Shown: positions 56,039-64,000 of the stretch, piece by piece | How the letters are laid out: every line of letters begins with the position of its first letter | Position numbering within the stretch: position 1 is the stretch's first letter | DNA from: a virus | Length of the DNA: 64,000 nt | IMG/VR virus record: IMGVR_UViG_3300017763_000006 | Location: 30,544-94,543 of that record | Strand: one strand, 5' to 3' | Program-made: the position numbers and the translations under genes | The notes under the pieces: model-generated | The model's input: only the letters and a program-made list of their open reading frames with translations | The model's database searches: none | What the model was told of the DNA's origin: nothing

Positions 56039-57112
56039 TTATCTCCTTCTTTGTGATCCCATGTTCTTCATAGCTAAGATTTGACCCTGTTCTTGTACGT
56101 CTGGCAGTTCATGATACGACAAGCTACCAGCCTTCTTGGTTGCTCTTGCTCTTGTCTGAGCCACTTTTTTTGCTAAAGGAGAATTCATATCTTGGATTTG
56201 TTCTGCTCCCCATCCTTCTTCTTGATTGATCAATATAAACTCTTCTGTATTTTCGCCTGTCCTGTTATAACCAGATCTTTCTTGATTTACACTTCCCATT
56301 GGTCTTTTTTTCTTACCGTTTTCTTTCTCTCTGTCTCTCTTTTCTTGTTCTCGTTTTTTTCTACTATAAACAAACCAGCCATCTAATAAATCGTCGTCTT
56401 CTATAACAGAGGGTTCTGGCGGCTCATAAGACTCCATTATATTATCATAGGTTGTAGACCAAAGAATAATATTCCTTTGGTTTATGGTTAAGTCTTGATC
56501 TTCTTTCATAAATAATAAATTAAATTTTACATGCTTACTAGAAATCCATAGAGATTTCCAAGGTTCAGACCTAGCAAGCTCTCTAGTTACATTGTCTTGG
56601 TTCATGCTTTTGTTGTAGAAATGCATCAAGTCATTGGTGTCGTGATTTTTCTCAACAAGTTTATTATTTAAGAATACAGTGTTTTTTAATATAAACGAAA
56701 CTTTTGCAGCTTCAGCAAAGCCTTCGCAGCTATTTGTGTAGAAAGAATTTTTGACAGAAAGCAAATATTGATAAGCTCTTTCTGCTGACCTAGCCGTTTT
56801 TCTTAATTTACCTACGGCTTTGGAATTCATCCTACTTTCATACATATTCAACTTAATATTATCAATTCTTGTCTTCATTCCCATAAGCTCTTGTTCCTCT
56901 TTGTCGGTCCAAATCCCATCCATTTGCATGTATCTGTCTAAATCTTTGTTCGTCATCAAGTTATCGTTTAAAGCCTCATTATAAGCTTTTTCATACTCAT
57001 AATGAGACTCAACGATCTGTTCCAAAGTTGCCGGAATTATTTTTAAGTTCCCCTCTAAAAAAATTCCAGTCCTTAACAGTGAGACTAAAAAGTCTCTTTC
57101 TTGATGTTCCAT
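56039..57112 (-). CDS. Tail assembly chaperone-like protein, paralog of 54812-55723 with a different C-terminal domain
   Basis: Shared L.T...L..(Y/F)M...GIW and N(S/T).EG...AK blocks. Confidence 0.55.
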   Translation of the reverse strand: MEHQERDFLVSLLRTGIFLEGNLKIIPATLEQIVESHYEYEKAYNEALNDNLMTNKDLDRYMQMDGIWTDKEEQELMGMKTRIDNIKLNMYESRMNSKAVGKLRKTARSAERAYQYLLSVKNSFYTNSCEGFAEAAKVSFILKNTVFLNNKLVEKNHDTNDLMHFYNKSMNQDNVTRELARSEPWKSLWISSKHVKFNLLFMKEDQDLTINQRNIILWSTTYDNIMESYEPPEPSVIEDDDLLDGWFVYSRKKREQEKRDREKENGKKKRPMGSVNQERSGYNRTGENTEEFILINQEEGWGAEQIQDMNSPLAKKVAQTRARATKKAGSLSYHELPDVQEQGQILAMKNMGSQRRR

Positions 57113-57144
57113 TACTATCCTGATCTTCTATACTTTACTACTCC

Positions 57145-57975
57145 TTAAGTAGTCAAAGCATTGTAACCGATATAGTTGTAAACAATGGTAGCATTTCCAC
57201 CACCAGCGTCTCCACCGCTATAATTACTGCCTGCTAATCTTCCGGTCATACTTACGCCTTCATACGATTTGGTCTCGTTTACTGTCGCGTCTAAATCTGA
57301 GGCTGAGTTGTAAGTATCACCACCCCTATTTCCAGTGGCAGTAGCTAAGTACTCCCAATCAGAGCTACACTCAACTGGGAATGTTGCTGGTCTGGCATAA
57401 GGAGATTTTTTCCCTAACTGGAACAAATCTTCTCTACCGACATCACAGCTGAATGAAACGCTTTGCGCTCTTGATTCCAAAGCTACGTCTTGCCTTCGCT
57501 TGAAAGTACTCGTTGAGCAAGCACCACCCGGTGTTGAAATTGTTGGTCCAGATCCATTATACCAATTAATATCATTACCTACTACTGTACATGTTTCAGT
57601 AGCAAAACCGTCTACTGGGAATGTTACACCCCAAGAGCTAATTACCATACTTGTTGCATTGACAAAATTGACCTGTGTTGCAAAACTGCTTGATGTGTCA
57701 TCTGCTACTTTCATTACCACACTGCCCGTGAAATTTGATACAGATGCGGTGTCACCACCAGCAGTATTCCAAAACGAGCTAGAAGCGCCTTGCCAAGCTC
57801 TTTCTGTCGATATTTCTACGTTAGGAACTCCTTCAAGATTTTTACAAATCGACAAAGTTCCAAGCTCAAATGCTTGCTCAAAATCAACTGATGCATTCAC
57901 AGAAATACTCTGCAAACCTCCAGAAATTCCAAGAAAGCTAGCTGACTGAACAGCATAAAAGATTCTATTGGACAT
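57145..57975 (-). CDS. Major tail tube protein
   Basis: S/T/G-rich beta protein between tail completion gene and chaperones; QS.......E..F.LG motif twice; AAGGAG SD and own promoter-like motif. Confidence 0.75.
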   Translation of the reverse strand: MSNRIFYAVQSASFLGISGGLQSISVNASVDFEQAFELGTLSICKNLEGVPNVEISTERAWQGASSSFWNTAGGDTASVSNFTGSVVMKVADDTSSSFATQVNFVNATSMVISSWGVTFPVDGFATETCTVVGNDINWYNGSGPTISTPGGACSTSTFKRRQDVALESRAQSVSFSCDVGREDLFQLGKKSPYARPATFPVECSSDWEYLATATGNRGGDTYNSASDLDATVNETKSYEGVSMTGRLAGSNYSGGDAGGGNATIVYNYIGYNALTT

Positions 57976-58011
57976 ATTTCATTCTCCTTAAAAAGTGAGG
58001 GGTTACTACTT

Positions 58012-58021
58012 TATAATACAC
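58012..58021 (-). promoter_or_regulatory. GTGTATTATA promoter-like motif upstream of tail tube gene
   Basis: Intergenic, 1 mismatch to consensus, preceded by T-run like the other intergenic copies. Confidence 0.55.
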
Positions 58022-58027
58022 AAAAAG

Positions 58028-58975
58028 TCAGAATTTAGTAGAAATTAGCTCTGTAGTAATTCTTACTACTCCAGCATATAGATTTGAATTAATCATATCT
58101 ACAGCCTGTACTGTTGTATCTTTCATTCGGAATGTTTCGCACCCATAATCATCTACTAATTCTGGGTATCTTGGCGCTCCAGACACTGTATATCCAAAGC
58201 TATTTAGAGGAAAAGCACCAGAATCAGCTATTTTATTAGAATCAAACATTTTAACAGTACTATCATTTTGCATAGATACTATGTCTATAAGCTTATTTCT
58301 AGTCATATCGTCTTCTGCAATACAATGGAATAGTACGTCTGTATTAACGAACTGTCCAGATGGGCCTAGCTGGTATCCCTTGAGGGTACGAGTAGGAACT
58401 ATTTCTATTGCTATTGCTGGTAGTTGAATTTGCATCTCGGTGGGAACCTTTACATTATCTCTGTTGGATAAATCCATAGAATTTATGTACAATTCACGCA
58501 ACCAAGGAACAGAAGCAGCATAAATAACGCTAATATATTTGTAGCTATATTCAGCTTGAACTTTGCTGCCGGTTGGAATAGGGTTGTCAAATATCACCCT
58601 TCCATTAAAGTAATCAACATTATGAGCGTATGCGCCAGCAGTGTCTGACGGATAAAATACATTATCAACATATATTCCAGATATTCCCGGTAGCGAATCG
58701 TCAGATCCCACCAATGGCTCTGGATCGAACCCAACCCCGCTTTGCCAAACCCAGTTCTTTCTAAAACCTTCCCACGCTTCACCCGCTAAGAAGTTCGTGT
58801 TATTTGTGGGCTTTAGGAGGCTATAATCATTTCCGTTGTAATCTTGCTCTCCAAGAGTTACATTGAAGTAGTTGCCCTTTTCTAGAAGCCCCCAATCAAA
58901 ATACTCAATGAGATTATCTTGTGTCTCATTAGCAATTGTATATTCTAGTATTTTATCAAAACCTTTTAATGTCAT
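58028..58975 (-). CDS. Putative tail completion/terminator protein
   Basis: LPAIAIE...DVLFHCIAE...RNKL.D terminator-like pattern; VDYFNGRVIF insert; synteny. Confidence 0.55.
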   Translation of the reverse strand: MTLKGFDKILEYTIANETQDNLIEYFDWGLLEKGNYFNVTLGEQDYNGNDYSLLKPTNNTNFLAGEAWEGFRKNWVWQSGVGFDPEPLVGSDDSLPGISGIYVDNVFYPSDTAGAYAHNVDYFNGRVIFDNPIPTGSKVQAEYSYKYISVIYAASVPWLRELYINSMDLSNRDNVKVPTEMQIQLPAIAIEIVPTRTLKGYQLGPSGQFVNTDVLFHCIAEDDMTRNKLIDIVSMQNDSTVKMFDSNKIADSGAFPLNSFGYTVSGAPRYPELVDDYGCETFRMKDTTVQAVDMINSNLYAGVVRITTELISTKF

Positions 58976-59598
58976 TTTAATATTGACTCCAGTAATAGGT
59001 TTAGTTGTGATTCTTGTTCTTTGCCAGACAAAGCTCTAGTTATAAAATTATCATCTACAGTTCCAGAATACCCCGGTGGAACACGAAAAGACCCAGAATT
59101 TGTCATGCTTCCCATGCCAGACCTACCGATTCCAGAATTGGGTTTGTAACTATAATTTTTTACAATAATCCTATCTCCAAACTCTAACATCCATTTCAAC
59201 CAGTGTAAATCGCCACCATCATAGTCTACATGTCCTTGGGGAAGAGATATGAGATTGGCAAAATTACTTGGTTGGAAATAAATAAATATACCACCTTTAG
59301 TAAAATCTTTACTTACCGTTTGAACACGAGCGAAAACTGAAGATTTAACAGCGTTACTAATCGCGCCAACAGCAACGCTTTCACTTCCTTTATACAACCC
59401 AAACGGGCCGGATAAAACACCAGCTGCTAAGTCTACCATTTCTGGACAAGAACTTATCCACTCAGACGCTAAAGACCTGCACCCTGATTCTACTTGCCCT
59501 TTTTTAGATTTTAATTGTTGATTTACTAAATCTGATAAAGATATATTAATCTTACTAGATATCGTTTTCATTGAATCTAAAAGTTTTATGCTAATCAT
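58972..59598 (-). CDS. Putative neck protein (HK97 gp10-like position)
   Basis: WMLEFG, FITRAL; ATGA overlap supports start 59598. Confidence 0.5.
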   Translation of the reverse strand: MISIKLLDSMKTISSKINISLSDLVNQQLKSKKGQVESGCRSLASEWISSCPEMVDLAAGVLSGPFGLYKGSESVAVGAISNAVKSSVFARVQTVSKDFTKGGIFIYFQPSNFANLISLPQGHVDYDGGDLHWLKWMLEFGDRIIVKNYSYKPNSGIGRSGMGSMTNSGSFRVPPGYSGTVDDNFITRALSGKEQESQLNLLLESILK

Positions 59599-60071
59599 GA
59601 TATGCGTTTCCAAAAACAAGCAAAGTATCTATTAGTCTTAAGGCCCATAGGAATGTGACCTCCAACTCTTTCAAAAGTCATTTCTGTTCCTTTGTCTATT
59701 ATCAATCCCTTTGCGGATAAAACTTTTTGCAAATCGGTCATCATGCCTATTGTTTGTATTGAAGCGTCCGGTGCGACCACGCCTTCGGCAATACGAATCC
59801 ATTCTTTGCTATCCCAGTAAACTTTTAATACAATGTCTGTTTTAACTTCTACTTCTTTGATAGTCACCTTTCCACGGTTTCTATCACGACCTCCTCCTCG
59901 TCTATGATCATTAATTGAGTTAATGTCAGGAAGATTGTTATCTGGGGTTTTAATTATAACTTCTTTTTTTTCAATAGACATAAGTTGACATGTAGATCCA
60001 AATATATCAAACGTGGAATCTATAATGTCATAATATTTATCGAAAACAGATTGTGGTATGTTTAATGGCAT
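59595..60071 (-). CDS. Putative head closure/stopper protein
   Basis: Synteny and size; beta-rich with terminal P.GL...YF..FW. Confidence 0.45.
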   Translation of the reverse strand: MPLNIPQSVFDKYYDIIDSTFDIFGSTCQLMSIEKKEVIIKTPDNNLPDINSINDHRRGGGRDRNRGKVTIKEVEVKTDIVLKVYWDSKEWIRIAEGVVAPDASIQTIGMMTDLQKVLSAKGLIIDKGTEMTFERVGGHIPMGLKTNRYFACFWKRIS

Positions 60072-61420
60072 TAATCAATCCTGTGTGCAGCAATAAAGAA
60101 GTTTGTAGTCTGACCAGCGAAAGTAGAGGGAGAGTAGAAAATTCCAGACACAGTGTTACTACCAGCAGCAAATGCGTGAGTGATTAATAAATTGTCATTA
60201 AGATTTCCAGAAGGCGAAATATTGACAACATAATTAGAGGATGACGAGATGTCGCTGACAGTAAAGGATTCTGCCCTTACTTCACCAGCAGACATAGAGG
60301 CTAAAGTTTTTTCGACAGTAGCAGTATGTGGATATAAAATTCCAGAAGCGTTATCTAAATAGTCATCAATTCTTCCAGAACTAGCAAGTTCAAAATCACG
60401 AAAATCAGAGGTATAACTATTAGTATGAGTAGTTAAGGCTCCAGAAACAATATCAATCCCAGACTGTAAATATCCACTTGCTATAAATACTCCACTGTCC
60501 GTATACTCGTTGAGGTTTCCAGACAAGGCAATCAATGCGGCTTGTCCAAGAAAGTGATTAGTAGATAAATCAGTCATAGGTAAATCGTCTACAACTAAAT
60601 TCCTAAAAAGAGGATAATCTTCAGAACAGGATGGATCGCAATCATCTATTGGTCCAGCAAATACAGTATGAGCAGTTTGTTTTTTCAAAAGAAGATTTTC
60701 ATTTACTTCTCCACTAACCTCAATTACTAAATTTGCATTTGTGTTACTATCAACTACGTTGGGAGAAAAATGTACATATTGAGTACCGCCTTGATATGGA
60801 GACTGTGTTAATCCCAGAGACGCATTTCCTCCATTGCCACTATCATAGTAAACGCCCGTTGCTCCAACAAAGTAACCAGATGCTCTAACCCTACTTTCAT
60901 AAGACAAGCCGTCTCCTCCAACGTCAACCCCATAGTAGTGATTTGGTTGATTGATTCCTACAGAATTGAGTGATGAGTCATAAGTAATATCTGAAAAATA
61001 ATTCAATACATTTTCGGAATCCCACACAGCTATACCTTTTCTTTGTGGGACGTTGCATCCGGGCAGACCAGAACCCATCATTACAGCATGAGTTGCAGGA
61101 TAGGTTATAAATACTTCTTTGACACCCGGAGGAAAATCTATTTTTGAGTCATCTGTATTACTCGACCTAAACGGGTGACGCACAACTTCGTTATAAGTAA
61201 TTGCGTCTGCTTCTGAAAAGTCATGTCTCAAAAGAACTCCAGAGCCGATTTCATACCTAGTACCATCAGTCACTGCATAAAAAAATACGTCCTGATGATT
61301 GTAAAATCGTTCTAGATCACTGAAACCATCAGCAGTTCTAGCCAAGGCAAAATTGCCTAAGCCCTGCGTATAAGTTAATTCCTTAACGCGATCATGTAGT
61401 TGTATGCGATTTTGTGACAC
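60071..61420 (-). CDS. Virion fibre/collar-like protein with Ser-Gly repeats
   Basis: DRVKE...G.G...YEIGSG...KEVFITYPA N-domain common in phage fibre proteins; VFAGP...P.FR.LV..DLP motif; GTG start with GGAG SD. Confidence 0.6.
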   Translation of the reverse strand: MSQNRIQLHDRVKELTYTQGLGNFALARTADGFSDLERFYNHQDVFFYAVTDGTRYEIGSGVLLRHDFSEADAITYNEVVRHPFRSSNTDDSKIDFPPGVKEVFITYPATHAVMMGSGLPGCNVPQRKGIAVWDSENVLNYFSDITYDSSLNSVGINQPNHYYGVDVGGDGLSYESRVRASGYFVGATGVYYDSGNGGNASLGLTQSPYQGGTQYVHFSPNVVDSNTNANLVIEVSGEVNENLLLKKQTAHTVFAGPIDDCDPSCSEDYPLFRNLVVDDLPMTDLSTNHFLGQAALIALSGNLNEYTDSGVFIASGYLQSGIDIVSGALTTHTNSYTSDFRDFELASSGRIDDYLDNASGILYPHTATVEKTLASMSAGEVRAESFTVSDISSSSNYVVNISPSGNLNDNLLITHAFAAGSNTVSGIFYSPSTFAGQTTNFFIAAHRID

Positions 61421-61442
61421 TATTTATCTCCAATCTTATTGC

Positions 61443-62441
61443 TTAAGGTGCTGCTGCCCAATCTATTACTACTGCTGGATCTGAACTCGCCGTCCCAGAA
61501 GGATTACCAAAAACTACTAAGTCGTTATAATACGCATCAGTATAATCACCGTTATCATCAAGGACATAAAAAGTCAAAGATTCAGCATCTCTGTCTACAA
61601 TACCAACCTTGATTCCGTTGGCAAAGTCAGAACCCTGAGTGTAACCATTTCTACCAGTACTTTCTCCAAATGCAACATAATCAGTTGCGTTTTCAAACAA
61701 CTCAGCTTTAAAGTAAATTCTAAATTTACCATTGGCTAAGTCTCCGTTAGACTCTCTAAGTCTTTCAACTTTAGAGATATTGTAAGAGGAATGAATAGCT
61801 ACTGTGTCTGTATTACCAACGCTGCCAGAGACAGAATTAAAATTTAACCACGCTTGAGCAGTGGATCTAGCAGTTGAAATCTTAGTATTATCACTGGCAA
61901 ATTTAATGTCGGTCTCATTTCCAATAACTAATGTCTCACTGTCTGGACCGTGATACTCAAAAGAAAAACCATGATTGGCATATCCAGAACTAGATATACT
62001 ATAATTATCTAGCTTGAAATCTCCTTGCATACTTCTTCTTCCATCCATGTGGAAATACTGAGCGTGATCGTCTCCAGTTCCCGTATCAGCTAAATTGTTA
62101 TGGCTAATACCTTGGGGGCCGGGATATGGATGTACTTGTACAGCGCCGTTGCCAATCTCGTTATCAAACTGGATTCCACTTTCAACTATAACCAATCCTC
62201 CAGTAGTTACTGAAGTAGTTGGGTTGGTAGTTGTTTTAATATGTATGTTGTTAGTAAATCTCAGCTCTGGTTCTTCCCACTGACCACTAGCAACAATGTG
62301 CCTAATAGAATTAGCAACATCCCGCATCGTTTCTCTAACATTTTTAGCGCTGATAGCTCCAGCGTTATTGTCTCTCAACTGCTCGTTAATGTTAGCAACA
62401 AGCTCTGGTATATCTTTTATGTTTGCTGTATAGTCTGGCAT
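61443..62441 (-). CDS. Virion structural/fibre-like protein
   Basis: DN.AGAISA..VR N-terminus, H..L...DDHAQY, AQAWLNF...SYNISKV...G.FRIYF C-domain. Confidence 0.55.
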   Translation of the reverse strand: MPDYTANIKDIPELVANINEQLRDNNAGAISAKNVRETMRDVANSIRHIVASGQWEEPELRFTNNIHIKTTTNPTTSVTTGGLVIVESGIQFDNEIGNGAVQVHPYPGPQGISHNNLADTGTGDDHAQYFHMDGRRSMQGDFKLDNYSISSSGYANHGFSFEYHGPDSETLVIGNETDIKFASDNTKISTARSTAQAWLNFNSVSGSVGNTDTVAIHSSYNISKVERLRESNGDLANGKFRIYFKAELFENATDYVAFGESTGRNGYTQGSDFANGIKVGIVDRDAESLTFYVLDDNGDYTDAYYNDLVVFGNPSGTASSDPAVVIDWAAAP

Positions 62442-62453
62442 TTATGATCTCCT

Positions 62454-62975
62454 TTAATGTCTGAAAAATCCACCTCTATGGTCATGATCTGAATATTGTC
62501 TCAAAACGTAATCGCTACCCGGACTGTAAGGTCCAAGTATAGCAGTACCAGCAATACTATTACCAGCACTATAATCTAAAAGCAGTTGTTGGTATTTACC
62601 ACATAAGTCTTTATATAAAGCTAGTATGGTAGAAGCTACACCTCTCAGATCAATCGCAGATGGTCCATCTTTAATCGATATTGTGTTTCCGGCTTCCTTC
62701 TTGACTTCGCTTCCCAGTATAATACAAGCACACTTTAAGCTTACTAGCGATATAAAGTCTGAATCTTTAGTCTCTGCATCTGTTGGATCTGGAGACAGCG
62801 AACAATCAGCTATGCTGATAGTATATTCTTGTCGTAAAGTAGTTTCAGTAGACAACAATTGAGCTGCTACTAATATAGTAGTCTCCAATCTCTTAGAAGA
62901 ATACGTATAATTTGCTGGGTCAACATCATTAATAAGATGTCTAACCATTGTCGATATTTGACCTTGCCAAGACAT
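62454..62975 (-). CDS. Putative head-tail adaptor
   Basis: VR.LI.D.....YS...L helical N-terminus, SIKDG..IDL hairpin. Confidence 0.5.
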   Translation of the reverse strand: MSWQGQISTMVRHLINDVDPANYTYSSKRLETTILVAAQLLSTETTLRQEYTISIADCSLSPDPTDAETKDSDFISLVSLKCACIILGSEVKKEAGNTISIKDGPSAIDLRGVASTILALYKDLCGKYQQLLLDYSAGNSIAGTAILGPYSPGSDYVLRQYSDHDHRGGFFRH

Positions 62976-62982
62976 AAGCTAC

Positions 62983-63288
62983 CTATAAGTTACAGTGGAC
63001 TTGAAATGTATAAATATCTGTATAGTAAGTTCCGTTGGTTAAAACAACCTTTGCTTGAAGTTTGTAATGACCAGCTTCATCTAAATCGCCAACCAAAGTG
63101 TCGTAGTAAACTTGACCGTCCGTGCCGTCACCAAGCAGTGTTCCAGCTTTGTTTACAATTTCATCATCTGGTTTTTTAAATACCATAGTTATAGAAGATG
63201 CTGTTGAAATATCAACAACAACTCCATCGTCTTTTATTGTTGCTAGAAATCTAGTTCCAATATCGTTTACATGTATTTCGCTTGCCAT
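62983..63288 (-). CDS. BppU N-terminal-like Ig-fold structural protein
   Basis: VDIS.A.....KKPD...DG.V.Y....DLD.AG.Y.LQ.V...F.V. Confidence 0.6.
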   Translation of the reverse strand: MASEIHVNDIGTRFLATIKDDGVVVDISTASSITMVFKKPDDEIVNKAGTLLGDGTDGQVYYDTLVGDLDEAGHYKLQAKVVLTNGTYYTDIYTFQVHCNL

Positions 63289-63289
63289 A

Positions 63290-63352
63290 TTATCTCTTCA
63301 GGGTTATATTTGAAGTTTGCTTGATAGATAGGGTTACATTTACCGTCTTCAT
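63290..63352 (-). CDS. 20-aa mini-ORF MKTVNVTLSIKQTSNITLKR
   Basis: ATGA overlap with upstream stop, AAGGA SD, stop 1 nt before next start. Confidence 0.4.
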   Translation of the reverse strand: MKTVNVTLSIKQTSNITLKR

Positions 63353-63522
63353 AGTATAATTCCTTCACTCTTCTGAAGGGTCATATCTAATAATATAGTA
63401 CTTTGTATACAAGAAATACTATCCTGCTGCTGTTGAATATGTAAAATAAGATCGTGATCTCTACCATTATAATATACCGATTCTAACGTAGAGAACGGCA
63501 ATAAGCTAAAGAACCCAAACAT
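63349..63522 (-). CDS. 57-aa small protein MFGFFSLLPFSTLES... (below track cutoff)
   Basis: GAGGTG SD, directly downstream of promoter-like motif; MFG..S..PFS N-terminus seen in small phage virion proteins. Confidence 0.65.
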   Translation of the reverse strand: MFGFFSLLPFSTLESVYYNGRDHDLILHIQQQQDSISCIQSTILLDMTLQKSEGIIL

Positions 63523-63536
63523 ACTTCACCTCATGT

Positions 63537-63546
63537 AATTATACAC
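63537..63546 (-). promoter_or_regulatory. GTGTATAATT promoter-like motif
   Basis: Intergenic, preceded by TTTTA, 1 mismatch to consensus. Confidence 0.55.
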
Positions 63547-63552
63547 TAAAAG

Positions 63553-63873
63553 CTATTCTGATGGAGGACTGATGACTTCATTTTCTATACCAAGTTCAGC
63601 AACATACGCTATGATTCCACCCATAGCTGCTTGCAGACTTGGGCTTTCTTGTGCTTTTTCTAGCATATTGCTCACACGAATCCATTGACCATTTCCCGGC
63701 TCAAACTCAGCTACACCGTCAAACATGCCATATTTGCGTAGTTTAACCTCTCCAGATATATCTGAATTAGGATCTGGTCCACGAATAATTACTTCTTCAA
63801 TCCACACTCTGTCGTAAGTTTTTGCAGGAATAACCTCTGGGTTAACTGCATCTAAAATTGGTAAATCTGACAT
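63553..63873 (-). CDS. Hypothetical protein
   Basis: 106-aa ORF with AAGGAG SD following a tail-collar gene. Confidence 0.7.
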   Translation of the reverse strand: MSDLPILDAVNPEVIPAKTYDRVWIEEVIIRGPDPNSDISGEVKLRKYGMFDGVAEFEPGNGQWIRVSNMLEKAQESPSLQAAMGGIIAYVAELGIENEVISPPSE

Positions 63874-63887
63874 TACATTCTCCTTAT

Positions 63888-64000
63888 TTAAGTTTTAATA
63901 CAAGCTAGTAAAGCTACGTTTCTTGGTCTAATTTCTGAATCGTCCCAAGCTGTACCCATTGCGGCTGATGGGGCAGACCAACCTCCTACAAACAATCTGC
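63888..64000 (-). CDS. C-terminus of tail-collar/short-fibre domain protein (truncated by window)
   Basis: ...SEIRPRNVALLACIKT* is the typical E.RPRN.AL..CIK end of tail-collar domain proteins. Confidence 0.8.
   Translation of the reverse strand, partial: RLFVGGWSAPSAAMGTAWDDSEIRPRNVALLACIKT

Larger units (their letters stand above)
1..64000. other. Fragment of a large tailed bacteriophage genome: replication/modification arm on +, tail morphogenesis arm on -
   Basis: Tape measure, tail tube, neck and tail-collar-like genes; phage-type DnaE, SSB and dNMP kinase; tightly packed genes with ATGA/TAATG overlaps; no cellular housekeeping operons. Confidence 0.93.

Noticed and set aside
1-64000. 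Stop-codon reassignment, tRNA genes, DGR or reverse transcriptase
   Set aside because: Genes are full length in code 11 and use TAA, TAG and TGA as stops; intergenic gaps are too short for tRNAs; no RT motifs or TR/VR pair noticed

Overview
AT-rich, densely coding 64 kb segment of a large tailed dsDNA phage (standard genetic code; no rRNA, tRNA or CRISPR array recognised). It has two convergent arms that meet at a terminator near 18.66 kb. The + strand arm (1-18.6 kb) carries replication and recombination genes: a dNMP kinase end, a Cas4/RecB-like exonuclease, an intein-less DnaE split into two genes around a DnaQ exonuclease and a small PD-(D/E)xK gene, SSB, a DUF559-like endonuclease and a Rad52/Sak-like annealase. 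These are interleaved with two glycan-modification clusters (GT-A, GT-B and RgpF-like transferases, methyltransferases, a PAP2 phosphatase, degenerate enzyme-like genes). The - strand arm (18.7-64 kb) is a long-tail morphogenesis module: neck genes, an internally duplicated tail tube, two paralogous chaperones, a 3187-aa tape measure, a 4075-aa LamG/FG-GAP/vWA-like protein and further large tail-tip proteins. The most notable signals are (i) a candidate virion O-glycosylation system, pairing a ppGalNAc-T-like transferase with Ser-Gly-enriched structural proteins, (ii) the split DnaE/DnaQ replicase, (iii) a nuclease-like cargo bracketed by repeated GG motifs inside the tape measure, (iv) an integrin-alpha-like giant tail protein, and (v) a recurrent GTGTATAATA promoter-like motif. 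All family calls come from motif recognition by eye, not from database searches.
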